Shown here: positions 1 to 12,970 of the stretch, in pieces
Position numbering within the stretch: the stretch's first letter is position 1
Layout of the letters: the number at the start of each line of letters is the position of its first letter
NCBI RefSeq assembly: GCF_030684315.1
Contig: NC_081370.1
Coordinates: 34,242,728-34,306,727 of the forward strand
Direction of reading: 5' to 3'
Length of the DNA: 64,000 nt
Source of the DNA: Stegostoma tigrinum
Lineage: Eukaryota
Program-made: the position numbers and the translations under genes
The notes under the pieces: model-generated
The model's input: only the letters and a program-made list of their open reading frames with translations
Told to the model about the DNA's origin: nothing
Database searches by the model: none

Positions 1-276
1 ATCAGGCAAGATGACATTTCCGATTTGTCAACATCAAGAACTGCTTACTTTTTAACCTGAGTTCTGTCCCTCCAGAAAACAACATGGGTTGTACAATGAT
101 TTGACCACTTTCCAATATTGTGCAAGTTCATTCCAGGTTATTTGAATCACCAAACTATTGCATTCATTGTACTGATCTCAAGGTAACATGTGTGAATGTC
201 ATTCTTGCACAAAAGCACTACTCTCTTATATTACTGGGCTTACTCTGCACATCTTGTATTTTTTATTATGATGTAG

Positions 277-354
277 AATCACCAGTAACAACTGAATCTC
301 ATCAAAATGCTGCTACGAATAAAGAAGGTGCAGAGGATCAATCAAAACAGAACG
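277..354 (+). CDS. Repeat micro-exon type A, copy 1 (78 nt, phase 1-1): (E/Q)SPVTTESHQNAATNKEGAEDQSKQN
   Basis: T-rich tract + TAG acceptor (274-276), open frame, donor G|GTGCGT, length divisible by 3. Confidence 0.72.
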
Positions 355-1126
355 GTGCGTTATCATGATATAAAAATGTGACTAATTAATAAGTAATTAT
401 TTGGGTGCAAGGCCAGAACTAATGCAAAACTCTGACAAAGGAATTTGACAAAGCCCTTTTAAACTAAGTAAATCGAGTTGACTGTACATATTTAATGGTG
501 CATTATGCATTTTCGGTACCTGCTACATCATTTAACTTCAGTGAGCTTTAACGACATCCAACTTGTACATTGGCTTCTTGCATGAGTAGGTCCTTATATT
601 GTGAGTAGCACAAGTTACTCAAAGACAACATCCAGCTCCTAAACTGACTTACATTGTTACCTCAAAATGGGGTACACACACACATTCCGAAAATAAACTT
701 TTGCTCTGACATTTCAACCAATGGTTAACATGTGTGAGATATAAAGCACTAAGCTTTTCACTAGGTGCAAAATTAGAGATCCAGGTGGAAAAATTAAAAA
801 GGAGCATTGTGCTGTGTTCTGAGGGGAGCACGACGTATTCATGCAGGTATTCAGAAGCTAATAGAAAGAGAGCAGGTGAATTTCAGAATGTTGCTCCAAG
901 CCCATGGATGCTGTTCAGGAAGAACTTTAAAAATCTGACTCAATTTGACCATATGAATGAGTTCATATAGAGAGGGCATCCATGCCAACTACACCATTCA
1001 GCCCATTCACCACATCTCCAACATCTAATTCCCAACAGCCAGCCTTCAAATACAAACTAATGTCATGAACTCCTGAATCACTCACTGAACACAATTTGCA
1101 CACACAACATTAAGCCGTTAAAAGAA

Positions 1127-1262
1127 AAGAGAAATTGCTGGAGAAGCTCACCAGATCTGGTAGCATCGATGAAGAGAAATCAGAGTTAACGTTTTAGGTC
1201 TGGTGGCCAATCCGAGCATCCTCTGTTTTTGTTTCTGCTTTGAAGCACCTGCAGTGCTTTCA
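1127..1262. mobile_element. Old Penelope-type terminal-repeat fragment carried inside the cassette (also ~7374, 13743, 16165, 18883, 21601, 24320, 27243)
   Basis: GAAATTGCTGGAGAAGCTCACCAGATCTGGTAGCATC...CAGAGTTAACGTTT resembles the Penelope terminus at 43915-43985. Confidence 0.55.
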
Positions 1263-1756
1263 ATAGTTTTATTTCATGGCACGTTGTGGCTTTTCACTAC
1301 CTGCTGCATTATTTGACTTCAGTGTGCTTCAACAAAATCCAAATTGTTCATTAGGTCCTTGCAGGAATAGGTCATAAAATTTGAGAAGCACAAATTTTTT
1401 AAGACAATCTCCATCTCCTAGATGGCCTTACATTGTTCCTCTAAAAGGTTGGTGCACACATTTTTGAAATAATCTTGTGCTCTGACTTTTCGACCAGTGG
1501 TTAAAATGTATGACGTAGAATGTACTAACCTTTTCACTCGACACAGAATTAAAGGTCCAGGTAGAGAAATTGAAAAGGAGCAATGTACTGGTATTATAAA
1601 TATTTATCTGAGTGAAGTACCTGATCTAGTACAAAACGATAACGATTGAATTTGATCAAGCCCTGAAGACATTAAAATTCTAACTTGATACCACAATGCC
1701 CAACTCAACCCCTCATCTATCCTAATCTCTTTTCCACATACCTGCCAGCCTACCAT

Positions 1757-2170
1757 TTCACCCACCAGCACTCTATCTCCTCATACACCTCCCATCATCA
1801 CCCCATGCACACCAGTTTCCCATCTCCTCACACACCTACCATCATCACCCTACACCGACCAGCACCCTATCCCCTCACACACCTCCCATCATCACCCTAC
1901 ACCCACCAGCACCCTATCCCCTCACACACCTCCCATCATCACCCTACACCCACCAGCACCCTATCTCCTCACACGCCTCCCATCATCACCCTACATCCAC
2001 CAGCACCCTATCCCCTCACACGCCTCCCATCATCACCCTACACCCACCAGCACCCATATCCCCTCACACGCCTCCCATCATCACCCTACATCCACCAGCA
2101 CCCTATCCCCTCACACACCTCCCATCTTCACCCTACACCCACCAGCACACTATCTCCTCACACACCTCAT
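1757..2170. repeat. 47-bp C-rich minisatellite (~9 copies); also 8004-8417 and truncated 14373-14490
   Basis: Unit CCCTCACACACCTCCCATCATCACCCTACACCCACCAGCACCCTATC. It explains the spurious Pro/His/Thr-rich 168-aa ORFs. Confidence 0.95.
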
Positions 2171-2442
2171 GCCCTAACCCTCAACTTCTGACACTGTAAA
2201 CCCTATACCACTCTGCCCTCAAGAAACACCTTAATTCTGACACAGTAACTGTCCCTGTATTGATCTCCACCCTTCATTCGTATCCTCCAAACATCTGCCA
2301 AACTTCTGCAACTCTCTCCAACTCATTCCTGTACATACTTTGAGCACCTACACTTCCACGCAATGTGTCAGACTGGCTGCTGGATATTTACACCACAGCA
2401 TATAGCACTGACTGCTGTCAATGGAGGCTTGCGTGGAGACTG

Positions 2443-2535
2443 TCTGATGAAGGGTGTAGGCCTGAAACGTCAGCTTTTGTGCTCCTGAGATGCTGCTGGG
2501 CCTGCTGTGTTCGTCCAGCCTCACACTTTATTATA
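2443..2535 (+). mobile_element. Penelope pseudo-LTR fragment with hammerhead core (also 8690-8782)
   Basis: CTGATGAAGGGTGTAGGCCTGAAACGTCAGCTTTTGTGCTCCTGAGATGCTGC, the same family as many other copies in the window. Confidence 0.85.
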
Positions 2536-4208
2536 CTGGCTTGCAACTCATAATGCTTTTCCCCAGTGCAGCCTCCGGTGTTTCCTGGACAGGCTTTTTT
2601 GTGACGGTATGTTTCTGTCCAGGGAAATCCAGTTGAGAAGCTTGAAAAGTGTCAGTGATTAATTTGTTTTTGATCTTTTTGGCAATGGTATCCCCCGCCC
2701 CGATCACAAATTTTAGACCTGCCTGTTAAATTTCCAATCTAGAAATTGAGCAAGTACTTTGACAAATACAGAGAACACTTTTGATGGAATGATGTATTCC
2801 TACATTTGGAGGAAGCAAAACAGGTGAATTTCAGAATTTTGCGCCAAGACCATGAATGCTGTTCTGGAAGACCTTTAATAACCTGATTGTGCCTGAGTTC
2901 ATTTACAAAAGGCATTTCCTGCCAACTGCACCACAAACCATATTTACTACATCTCCATCATCTAACTGCCAATAATCAGTTCTCAAATCTCAATTTACCT
3001 GCTGAACTCATTAATCTCACATTGAACGCTGTGTCAAAACTTACATCCATAACTCAACGCACAAATAGTGGCAGCTTTTCAATGATGTAGAATTCAATGA
3101 TTGTACACTTTTCCAAAATCTTTTATCATCTAAGATGATTGCACAAGAAACAGAGATTTCCCAGAGCTGTGCTTACCTGTGAAAGATGAAAGCAGTTGGT
3201 CATGAATACAGTGCCATTCAACATGCATGACCTTCAATGAAATGTGTACATACCTGACCCGAACCATGACCAGGTTCCTGACAACAATAGCTGTCCTTCT
3301 GGTAGTGACAGCATCAGCACTTAGGAAACTCTGCCCACCAAGATCACTGGGGTCTGTCTGCCTATCTTCTTGCCCCAAACCTACTGACCTCAGGCATAAG
3401 CATAGATACTTCCTGCAGGTGCAGGTTCAGCAATAGTTACCACTGATGATGGGACTGCTGAGACTGCCAATATTGATGGCTGTCTAATAGGACACATGGA
3501 TCTAGATGGACAGGTCATTCTATTTGCAAGATGGCAGCCTCAGCCATCAGCAACCTGGGTGAGAAATTACACCAAAGCTGATTGGTTACTGAATTGTACC
3601 TGTGGGGGACCTCCTTATTCTCTGGAATATCAACCATAAACACACTTCAGCAAGCATTACCCTTTTTGTCCTTGGCACTATTGGTGCCATTCTAGTATCC
3701 ATCATTCAGCACATTCTCATTATGTCAGATTGTTGTGTCGTGAATGTCCCATCCCAGTGCTTGAGCAAATTCCATCTTGGAAACTCCAGAACATCATTAT
3801 TGGAAAGACACATTTTCATAGTTGACATCATTTGGGTAAGTTATAATTCCTGGTAACTCAAATTCAAGAATTGATGACATTTTCATCTGAGAACTCCAGT
3901 AATCTATCTTGTAGAAAAACATTTGATTTGTTCAATGATTTGATCACTTTGAGACATTTTGCAACTGCAGTACAGGACTATTTGAATCACCAAGTTATCG
4001 AGTTCTTCAAAAAATAGCTACTTTGCATTGACTGAGGTAAAAGAAGAATGGGGTGTATATGCACAGTGAGTAGCAGCTCTGCAAAGATAGAGACAATATT
4101 AATGCAGCATTAATCTGAAAACTGGTATAATATATCTTGAGGTAAATTTGTAAAGATCTTATGTTACTAGGTTTACCCTGACTATCTTGTATCTTTATGA
4201 TGATGTAG

Positions 4209-4289
4209 AATCACAAGAGGTCTCTGAAAGTCAACAAAGTCATACTTGGGATACAAAACAAGATACAGAGAATCAGTCATTAGAGAAAC
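4209..4289 (+). CDS. Repeat micro-exon type B, copy 1 (81 nt, phase 1-1): ESQEVSESQQSHTWDTKQDTENQSLEK
   Basis: TGATGATGTAG acceptor, open frame, consensus donor C|GTAAGT, homologous to exon A. Confidence 0.75.
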
Positions 4290-5565
4290 GTAAGTTGCTA
4301 CAATTTAAAAGTGTGACCGATTAAGAAATTGTCTGGGTGCAATACCTGATCTAATGCAATACTCTCACACTGGAATTGAATCATTGCCTGCTAAATTGGT
4401 ACAGGTCTGACAGTATGTGTTTAATTCTTGTCTCTGGATCACAGGCTGTGCTGTACCATTTGCTACCTGCTGACTTACTTGATTTCAGGATGCTGCCAAT
4501 GATATCCATGTTGTTCATTGGATGCATGCATTAGCAGAACCTTTTATTGTGCGAGGCTAAAGTTACTTAAAGACAATCTCCAGCTCTGATAGGAGGAGTT
4601 GTTATTGCAAAAATTAGTGCACTCAGTTGCAAAATAAACTTATGCTCTGATGCTTTGACCAAAAGTTAACTGTGTGAGGTAGCATCCAGTGAAGTCTTTC
4701 AGGAGGCTCAGAACTAGAGAACTAGGGTCAGCTATGAAAGAAGAAAGCCCTTCGGCCAGAAGTCAGTGCCATTGAACATACGTGAACTCAGTTGGATATA
4801 TGAATAGATTCTATCTAGCCCATGAACAGGCTGTTTAGTAGCTAAAGGCATCCCGAAGGCAGTGACAGCATCAGCATTCTGGGCAACCTCAGCCCTTTAA
4901 GATCACCACGGTCAAATGGGAGAAAGGTTGTCTCCTTGCGAAATGATGGCCTCGACCATGAGCAACACTGGGTCCTACATTGCACCAAAGTAGATTTATT
5001 TATAACGTTGCAGCTGGGGGATGACCTCCCTACTCATCAGAATATTCAAACCCAAATATCCTTTGGAAAGGATCTCCTATTTGATTTGTTTGCACTACTG
5101 ATGCGAATCTAATGTCCACCATTCAGCACTTGTCCTATGTGTCAGATCATTCTGTGCTGATCTCCATTCTCAGTTCTAAGGCAACAAATGCAATGATCAA
5201 TCCTTGCAACTAACTGTATGATTTGTACAATGATTTGACCACTTCAAGACATTTCACATGTGCACACCAGGACCATTTGAATCACTGATACATAGAATTC
5301 TTCAAAGAATAATTGTCCGAGGTAAATGTATAGCATCAACAGAAGCACAGGACAAATGACACACAGTGAGCAGCAGCTCTGCAATACTTCAGAGAAAATT
5401 AACGCAGCACTCATAAGAAGATTTGCCTCATCTGTGCATAGATGTATTTGGACTGAGCTCAAATGAACGTGCGAACTACGTGAACGCACAAAATCATTTT
5501 CACTGCGGTTTCTACTTGCTTATGTAGCTGAGTTTATGCTATCTTGTATTTTTGTGATGATATAG

Positions 5566-5647
5566 AAACACTGATCATTGCTGAGCATGAACAAAGCATT
5601 GCTACAAATACAAAAAAAAGACACAGAGGATCACTCAAAAGGGAAAG
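5566..5647 (+). pseudogene. Decayed micro-exon type C, copy 1 (82 nt)
   Basis: Acceptor TAG intact, but +1 A in an A-run shifts the frame and the donor position reads AAAG|ATAGAT (GT lost). Confidence 0.65.
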
Positions 5648-6523
5648 ATAGATGCAATTATTTAAAACTAAGTGCAATTAAAAATAATTATCTGAATGAA
5701 ACAGGTGATCTAATACAAAACTGTAATGATTGAATCTGTTGAAGCCCTGGAAAATTTGGATGGAGATGACAGTGTGATTTAATTCCTGACTTTGCATGAC
5801 AGACACACTGCACATTTTTCTTGGCTGCTAACTTCACTTTTCTGCCAATGAAATGCATTCTGTTAATTGAATTCAAGTATCAGCAGGGCCTTATATTGCC
5901 AGAAGGAGAAGTTACCAAAACCAAATCTCCATTTCATACAGTGGCCTCGTATAGTTACTGCACAGACTGGAGAAATCCTTTTGAAAATAAAATTCTGCTC
6001 TGGCCTGATTAACATCCGCCACGTTATTCAAAACATGCAGGATACAAGTACAGTTCAGAGAATATTTCCCCTTTTGATCCTTTGCACAATTGGTACAACT
6101 GTTACGGACATCATTCCACTCGTTTCTCTCTGTGGCAGAGTCAAATTGTTGGGTGATGCACTTGCATTCCAGTGCTTGAGCAAATTTGGTTTAGTAACCT
6201 CCAGAACATCAATGTTGAAAAGATACATTTTCATAGATAACATCACAATCAGGCAAGATGACATTTCCGATTTGTCAACATCAAGAACTGCTTACTTTTT
6301 AACCTGAGTTCTGTCCCTCCAGAAAACAACATGGGTTGTACAATGATTTGACCACTTTCCAATATTGTGCAAGTTCATTCCAGGTTATTTGAATCACCAA
6401 ACTATTGCATTCATTGTACTGATCTCAAGGTAACATGTGTGAATGTCATTCTTGCACAAAAGCACTACTCTCTTATATTACTGGGCTTACTCTGCACATC
6501 TTGTATTTTTTATTATGATGTAG

Positions 6524-6601
6524 AATCACCAGTAACAACTGAATCTCATCAAAATGCTGCTACGAATAAAGAAGGTGCAGAGGATCAATCAAAACAGAAC
6601 G
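6524..6601 (+). CDS. Repeat micro-exon type A, copy 2
   Basis: Identical to 277-354 including splice sites. Confidence 0.72.
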
Positions 6602-9600
6602 GTGCGTTATCATGATATAAAAATGTGACTAATTAATAAGTAATTATTTGGGTGCAAGGCCAGAACTAATGCAAAACTCTGACAAAGGAATTTGACAAAG
6701 CCCTTTTAAACTAAGTAAATCGAGTTGACTGTACATATTTAATGGTGCATTATGCATTTTCGGTACCTGCTACATCATTTAACTTCAGTGAGCTTTAACG
6801 ACATCCAACTTGTACATTGGCTTCTTGCATGAGTAGGTCCTTATATTGTGAGTAGCACAAGTTACTCAAAGACAACATCCAGCTCCTAAACTGACTTACA
6901 TTGTTACCTCAAAATGGGGTACACACACACATTCCGAAAATAAACTTTTGCTCTGACATTTCAACCAATGGTTAACATGTGTGAGATATAAAGCACTAAG
7001 CTTTTCACTAGGTGCAAAATTAGAGATCCAGGTGGAAAAATTAAAAAGGAGCATTGTGCTGTGTTCTGAGGGGAGCACGACGTATTCATGCAGGTATTCA
7101 GAAGCTAATAGAAAGAGAGCAGGTGAATTTCAGAATGTTGCTCCAAGCCCATGGATGCTGTTCAGGAAGAACTTTAAAAATCTGACTCAATTTGACCATA
7201 TGAATGAGTTCATATAGAGAGGGCATCCATGCCAACTACACCATTCAGCCCATTCACCACATCTCCAACATCTAATTCCCAACAGCCAGCCTTCAAATAC
7301 AAACTAATGTCATGAACTCCTGAATCACTCACTGAACACAATTTGCACACACAACATTAAGCCGTTAAAAGAAAAGAGAAATTGCTGGAGAAGCTCACCA
7401 GATCTGGTAGCATCGATGAAGAGAAATCAGAGTTAACGTTTTAGGTCTGGTGGCCAATCCGAGCATCCTCTGTTTTTGTTTCTGCTTTGAAGCACCTGCA
7501 GTGCTTTCAATAGTTTTATTTCATGGCACGTTGTGGCTTTTCACTACCTGCTGCATTATTTGACTTCAGTGTGCTTCAACAAAATCCAAATTGTTCATTA
7601 GGTCCTTGCAGGAACAGGTCATAAAATTTGAGAAGCACAAATTTTTTAAGACAATCTCCATCTCCTAGATGGCCTTACATTGTTCCTCTAAAAGGTTGGT
7701 GCACACATTTTTGAAATAATCTTGTGCTCTGACTTTTCGACCAGTGGTTAAAATATATGACGTAGAATGTACTAACCTTTTCACTCGACACAGAATTAAA
7801 GGTCCAGGTAGAGAAATTGAAAAGGAGCAATGTACTGGTATTATAAATATTTATCTGAGTGAAGTACCTGATCTAGTACAAAACGATAACGATTGAATTT
7901 GATCAAGCCCTGAAGACATTAAAATTCTAACTTGATACCACAATGCCCAACTCAACCCCTCATCTATCCTAATCTCTTTTCCACATACCTGCCAGCCTAC
8001 CATTTCACCCACCAGCACTCTATCTCCTCATACACCTCCCATCATCACCCCATGCACACCAGTTTCCCATCTCCTCACACACCTACCATCATCACCCTAC
8101 ACCGACCAGCACCCTATCCCCTCACACACCTCCCATCATCACCCTACACCCACCAGCACCCTATCCCCTCACACACCTCCCATCTTCACCCTACACCCAC
8201 CAGCACCCTATCCCCTCACACGCCTCCCATCATCACCCTACATCCACCAGCACCCTATCCCCTCACACGCCTCCCATCATCACCCTACACCCACCAGCAC
8301 CCATATCCCCTCACACGCCTCCCATCATCACCCTACATCCACCAGCACCCTATCCCCTCACACACCTCCCATCTTCACCCTACACCCACCAGCACACTAT
8401 CTCCTCACACACATCATGCCCTAACCCTCAACTTCTGACACTGTAAACCCTATACCACTCTGCCCTCAAGAAACACCTTAATTCTGACACGGTAACTGTC
8501 CCCGTATTGATCTCCACCCTTCATTCGTATCCTCCAAACATCTGCCAAACTTCTGCAACTCTCTCCAACTCATTCCTGTACATACTTTGAGCACTTACAC
8601 TTCCACGCAATGTGTCAGACTGGCTGCTGGATATTTACACCACAGCATATAGCACTGACTGCTGTCAATGGAGGCTTGCGTGGAGACTGTCTGATGAAGG
8701 GTGTAGGCCTGAAACGTCAGCTTTTGTGCTCCTGAGATGCTGCTGGGCCTGCTGTGTTCGTCCAGCCTCACACTTTATTATACTGGCTTGCAACTCATAA
8801 TGCTTTTCCCCAGTGCAGCCTCCGGTGTTTCCTGGACAGGCTTTTTTGTGACGGTATGTTTCTGTCCAGGGAAATCCAGTTGAGAAGCTTGAAAAGTGTC
8901 AGTGATTAATTTGTTTTTGATCTTTTTGGCAATGGTATCCCCCGCCCCGATCACAAATTTTAGACCTGCCTGTTAAATTTCCAATCTAGAAATTGAGCAA
9001 GTACTTTGACAAATACAGAGAACACTTTTGATGGAATGATGTATTCCTACATTTGGAGGAAGCAAAACAGGTGAATTTCAGAATTTTGCGCCAAGACCAT
9101 GAATGCTGTTCTGGAAGACCTTTAATAACCTGATTGTGCCTGAGTTCATTTACAAAAGGCATTTCCTGCCAACTGCACCACAAACCATATTTACTACATC
9201 TCCATCATCTAACTGCCAATAATCAGTTCTCAAATCTCAATTTACCTGCTGAACTCATTAATCTCACATTGAACGCTGTGTCAAAACTTACATCCATAAC
9301 TCAACGCACAAATAGTGGCAGCTTTTCAATGATGTAGAATTCAATGATTGTACACTTTTCCAAAATCTTTTATCATCTAAGATGATTGCACAAGAAACAG
9401 AGATTTCCCAGAGCTGTGCTTACCTGTGAAAGATGAAAGCAGTTGGTCATGAATACAGTGCCATTCAACATGCATGACCTTCAATGAAATGTGTACATAC
9501 CTGACCCGAACCATGACCAGGTTCCTGACAACAATAGCTGTCCTTCTGGTAGTGACAGCATCAGCACTTAGGAAACTCTGCCCACCAAGATCACTGGGGT

Positions 9601-10455
9601 CTGTCTGCCTATCTTCTTGCCCCAAACCTACTGACCTCAGGCATAAGCATAGATACTTCCTGCAGGTGCAGGTTCAGCAATAGTTACCACTGATGATGGG
9701 ACTGCTGAGACTGCCAATATTGATGGCTGTCTAATAGGACACATGGATCTAGATGGACAGGTCATTCTATTTGCAAGATGGCAGCCTCAGCCATCAGCAA
9801 CCTGGGTGAGAAATTACACCAAAGCTGATTGGTTACTGAATTGTACCTGTGGGGGACCTCCTTATTCTCTGGAATATCAACCATAAACACACTTCAGCAA
9901 GCATTACCCTTTTTGTCCTTGGCACTATTGGTGCCATTCTAGTATCCATCATTCAGCACATTCTCATTATGTCAGATTGTTGTGTCGTGAATGTCCCATC
10001 CCAGTGCTTGAGCAAATTCCATCTTGGAAACTCCAGAACATCATTATTGGAAAGACACATTTTCATAGTTGACATCATTTGGGTAAGTTATAATTCCTGG
10101 TAACTCAAATTCAAGAATTGATGACATTTTCATCTGAGAACTCCAGTAATCTATCTTGTAGAAAAACATTTGATTTGTTCAATGATTTGATCACTTTGAG
10201 ACATTTTGCAACTGCAGTACAGGACTATTTGAATCACCAAGTTATCGAGTTCTTCAAAAAATAGCTACTTTGCATTGACTGAGGTAAAAGAAGAATGGGG
10301 TGTATATGCACAGTGAGTAGCAGCTCTGCAAAGATAGAGACAATATTAATGCAGCATTAATCTGAAAACTGGTATAATATATCTTGAGGTAAATTTGTAA
10401 AGATCTTATGTTACTAGGTTTACCCTGACTATCTTGTATCTTTATGATGATGTAG

Positions 10456-10536
10456 AATCACAAGAGGTCTCTGAAAGTCAACAAAGTCATACTTGGGATA
10501 CAAAACAAGATACAGAGAATCAGTCATTAGAGAAAC
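10456..10536 (+). CDS. Repeat micro-exon type B, copy 2
   Basis: Identical to 4209-4289; AG/GTAAGT. Confidence 0.75.
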
Positions 10537-11934
10537 GTAAGTTGCTACAATTTAAAAGTGTGACCGATTAAGAAATTGTCTGGGTGCAATACCTGATCTA
10601 ATGCAATACTCTCACACTGGAATTGAATCATTGCCTGCTAAATTGGTACAGGTCTGACAGTATGTGTTTAATTCTTGTCTCTGGATCACAGGCTGTGCTG
10701 TACCATTTGCTACCTGCTGACTTACTTGATTTCAGGATGCTGCCAATGATATCCATGTTGTTCATTGGATGCATGCATTAGCAGAACCTTTTATTGTGCG
10801 AGGCTAAAGTTACTTAAAGACAATCTCCAGCTCTGATAGGAGGAGTTGTTATTGCAAAAATTAGTGCACTCAGTTGCAAAATAAACTTATGCTCTGATGC
10901 TTTGACCAAAAGTTAACTGTGTGAGGTAGCATCCAGTGAAGTCTTTCAGGAGGCTCAGAACTAGAGAACTAGGGTCAGCTATGAAAGAAGAAAGCCCTTC
11001 GGCCAGAAGTCAGTGCCATTGAACATACGTGAACTCAATTGGATATATGAATAGATTCTATCTAGCCCATGAACAGGCTGTTTAGTAGCTAAAGGCATCC
11101 CGAAGGCAGTGACAGCATCAGCATTCTGGGCAACCTCAGCCCTTTAAGATCACCACGGTCAAATGGGAGAAAGGTTGTCTCCTTGCGAAATGATGGCCTC
11201 GACCATGAGCAACACTGGGTCCTACATTGCACCAAAGTAGATTTATTTATAACGTTGCAGCTGGGGGATGACCTCCCTACTCATCAGAATATTCAAACCC
11301 AAATATCCTTTGGAAAGGATCTCCTATTTGATTCGTTTGCACTACTGATGCGAATCTAATGTCCACCATTCAGCACTTGTCCTATGTGTCAGATCATTCT
11401 GTGCTGATCTCCATTCTCAGTTCTAAGGCAAATTCCATCATGGAACCTCCAGTACACCATGATTGAAAAGATACAGTTTGGCAGTTGAAATCACTTGGGG
11501 AAAGTAAAATTTCTGTCTTCTCAAATTCAAGACTTGATTGGCGTTTTCTGACAAAAATGCAATGATCAATCCTTGCAACTAACTGTATGATTTGTACAAT
11601 GATTTGACCACTTCAAGACATTTCACATGTGCACACCAGGACCATTTGAATCACTGATACATAGAATTCTTCAAAGAATAATTGTCCGAGGTAAATGTAT
11701 AGCATCAACAGAAGCACAGGACAAATGACACACAGTGAGCAGCAGCTCTGCAATACTTCAGAGAAAATTAACGCAGCACTCATAAGAAGATTTGCCTCAT
11801 CTGTGCATAGATGTATTTGGACTGAGCTCAAATGAACGTGCGAACTACGTGAACGCACAAAATCATTTTCACTGCGGTTTCTACTTGCTTATGTAGCTGA
11901 GTTTATGCTATCTTGTATTTTTGTGATGATATAG

Positions 11935-12016
11935 AAACACTGATCATTGCTGAGCATGAACAAAGCATTGCTACAAATACAAAAAAAAGACACAGAGGAT
12001 CACTCAAAAGGGAAAG
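11935..12016 (+). pseudogene. Decayed micro-exon type C, copy 2
   Basis: Same lesions as 5566-5647. Confidence 0.65.
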
Positions 12017-12892
12017 ATAGATGCAATTATTTAAAACTAAGTGCAATTAAAAATAATTATCTGAATGAAACAGGTGATCTAATACAAAACTGTAATGATT
12101 GAATCTGTTGAAGCCCTGGAAAATTTGGATGGAGATGACAGTGTGATTTAATTCCTGACTTTGCATGACAGACACACTGCACATTTTTCTTGGCTGCTAA
12201 CTTCACTTTTCTGCCAATGAAATGCATTCTGTTAATTGAATTCAAGTATCAGCAGGGCCTTATATTGCCAGAAGGAGAAGTTACCAAAACCAAATCTCCA
12301 TTTCATACAGTGGCCTCGTATAGTTACTGCACAGACTGGAGAAATCCTTTTGAAAATAAAATTCTGCTCTGGCCTGATTAACATCCGCCACGTTATTCAA
12401 AACATGCAGGATACAAGTACAGTTCAGAGAATATTTCCCCTTTTGATCCTTTGCACAATTGGTACAACTGTTACGGACATCATTCCACTCGTTTCTCTCT
12501 GTGGCAGAGTCAAATTGTTGGGTGATGCACTTGCATTCCAGTGCTTGAGCAAATTTGGTTTAGTAACCTCCAGAACATCAATGTTGAAAAGATACATTTT
12601 CATAGATAACATCACAATCAGGCAAGATGACATTTCCGATTTGTCAACATCAAGAACTGCTTACTTTTTAACCTGAGTTCTGTCCCTCCAGAAAACAACA
12701 TGGGTTGTACAATGATTTGACCACTTTCCAATATTGTGCAAGTTCATTCCAGGTTATTTGAATCACCAAACTATTGCATTCATTGTACTGATCTCAAGGT
12801 AACATGTGTGAATGTCATTCTTGCACAAAAGCACTACTCTCTTATATTACTGGGCTTACTCTGCACATCTTGTATTTTTTATTATGATGTAG

Positions 12893-12970
12893 AATCACCA
12901 GTAACAACTGAATCTCATCAAAATGCTGCTACGAATAAAGAAGGTGCAGAGGATCAATCAAAACAGAACG
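12893..12970 (+). CDS. Repeat micro-exon type A, copy 3
   Basis: Identical to 277-354. Confidence 0.72.

Noticed and set aside
1685-2191. 168-aa Pro/His/Thr-rich ORF (extensin/mucin-like), repeated at 7932
   Set aside because: It is the translation of the 47-bp minisatellite. The unit is not a multiple of 3 and there is no ATG or splice support.
3081-3171. AATGATGTAG as another micro-exon acceptor
   Set aside because: No GT at +78/81, the peptide does not resemble the repeat, and the position in the cassette is wrong.
4197-4290. TGATGA motifs in each cassette as C/D-box snoRNA C boxes
   Set aside because: There is no consistently placed D box or terminal stem. The motif is often TTATGATG and abuts an AG acceptor, so the exon reading fits better.
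5867-6307. 146-aa ORF and other 60-100 aa ORFs recurring in the arrays
   Set aside because: They recur only because the DNA is duplicated; the frames are not kept in diverged cassettes.
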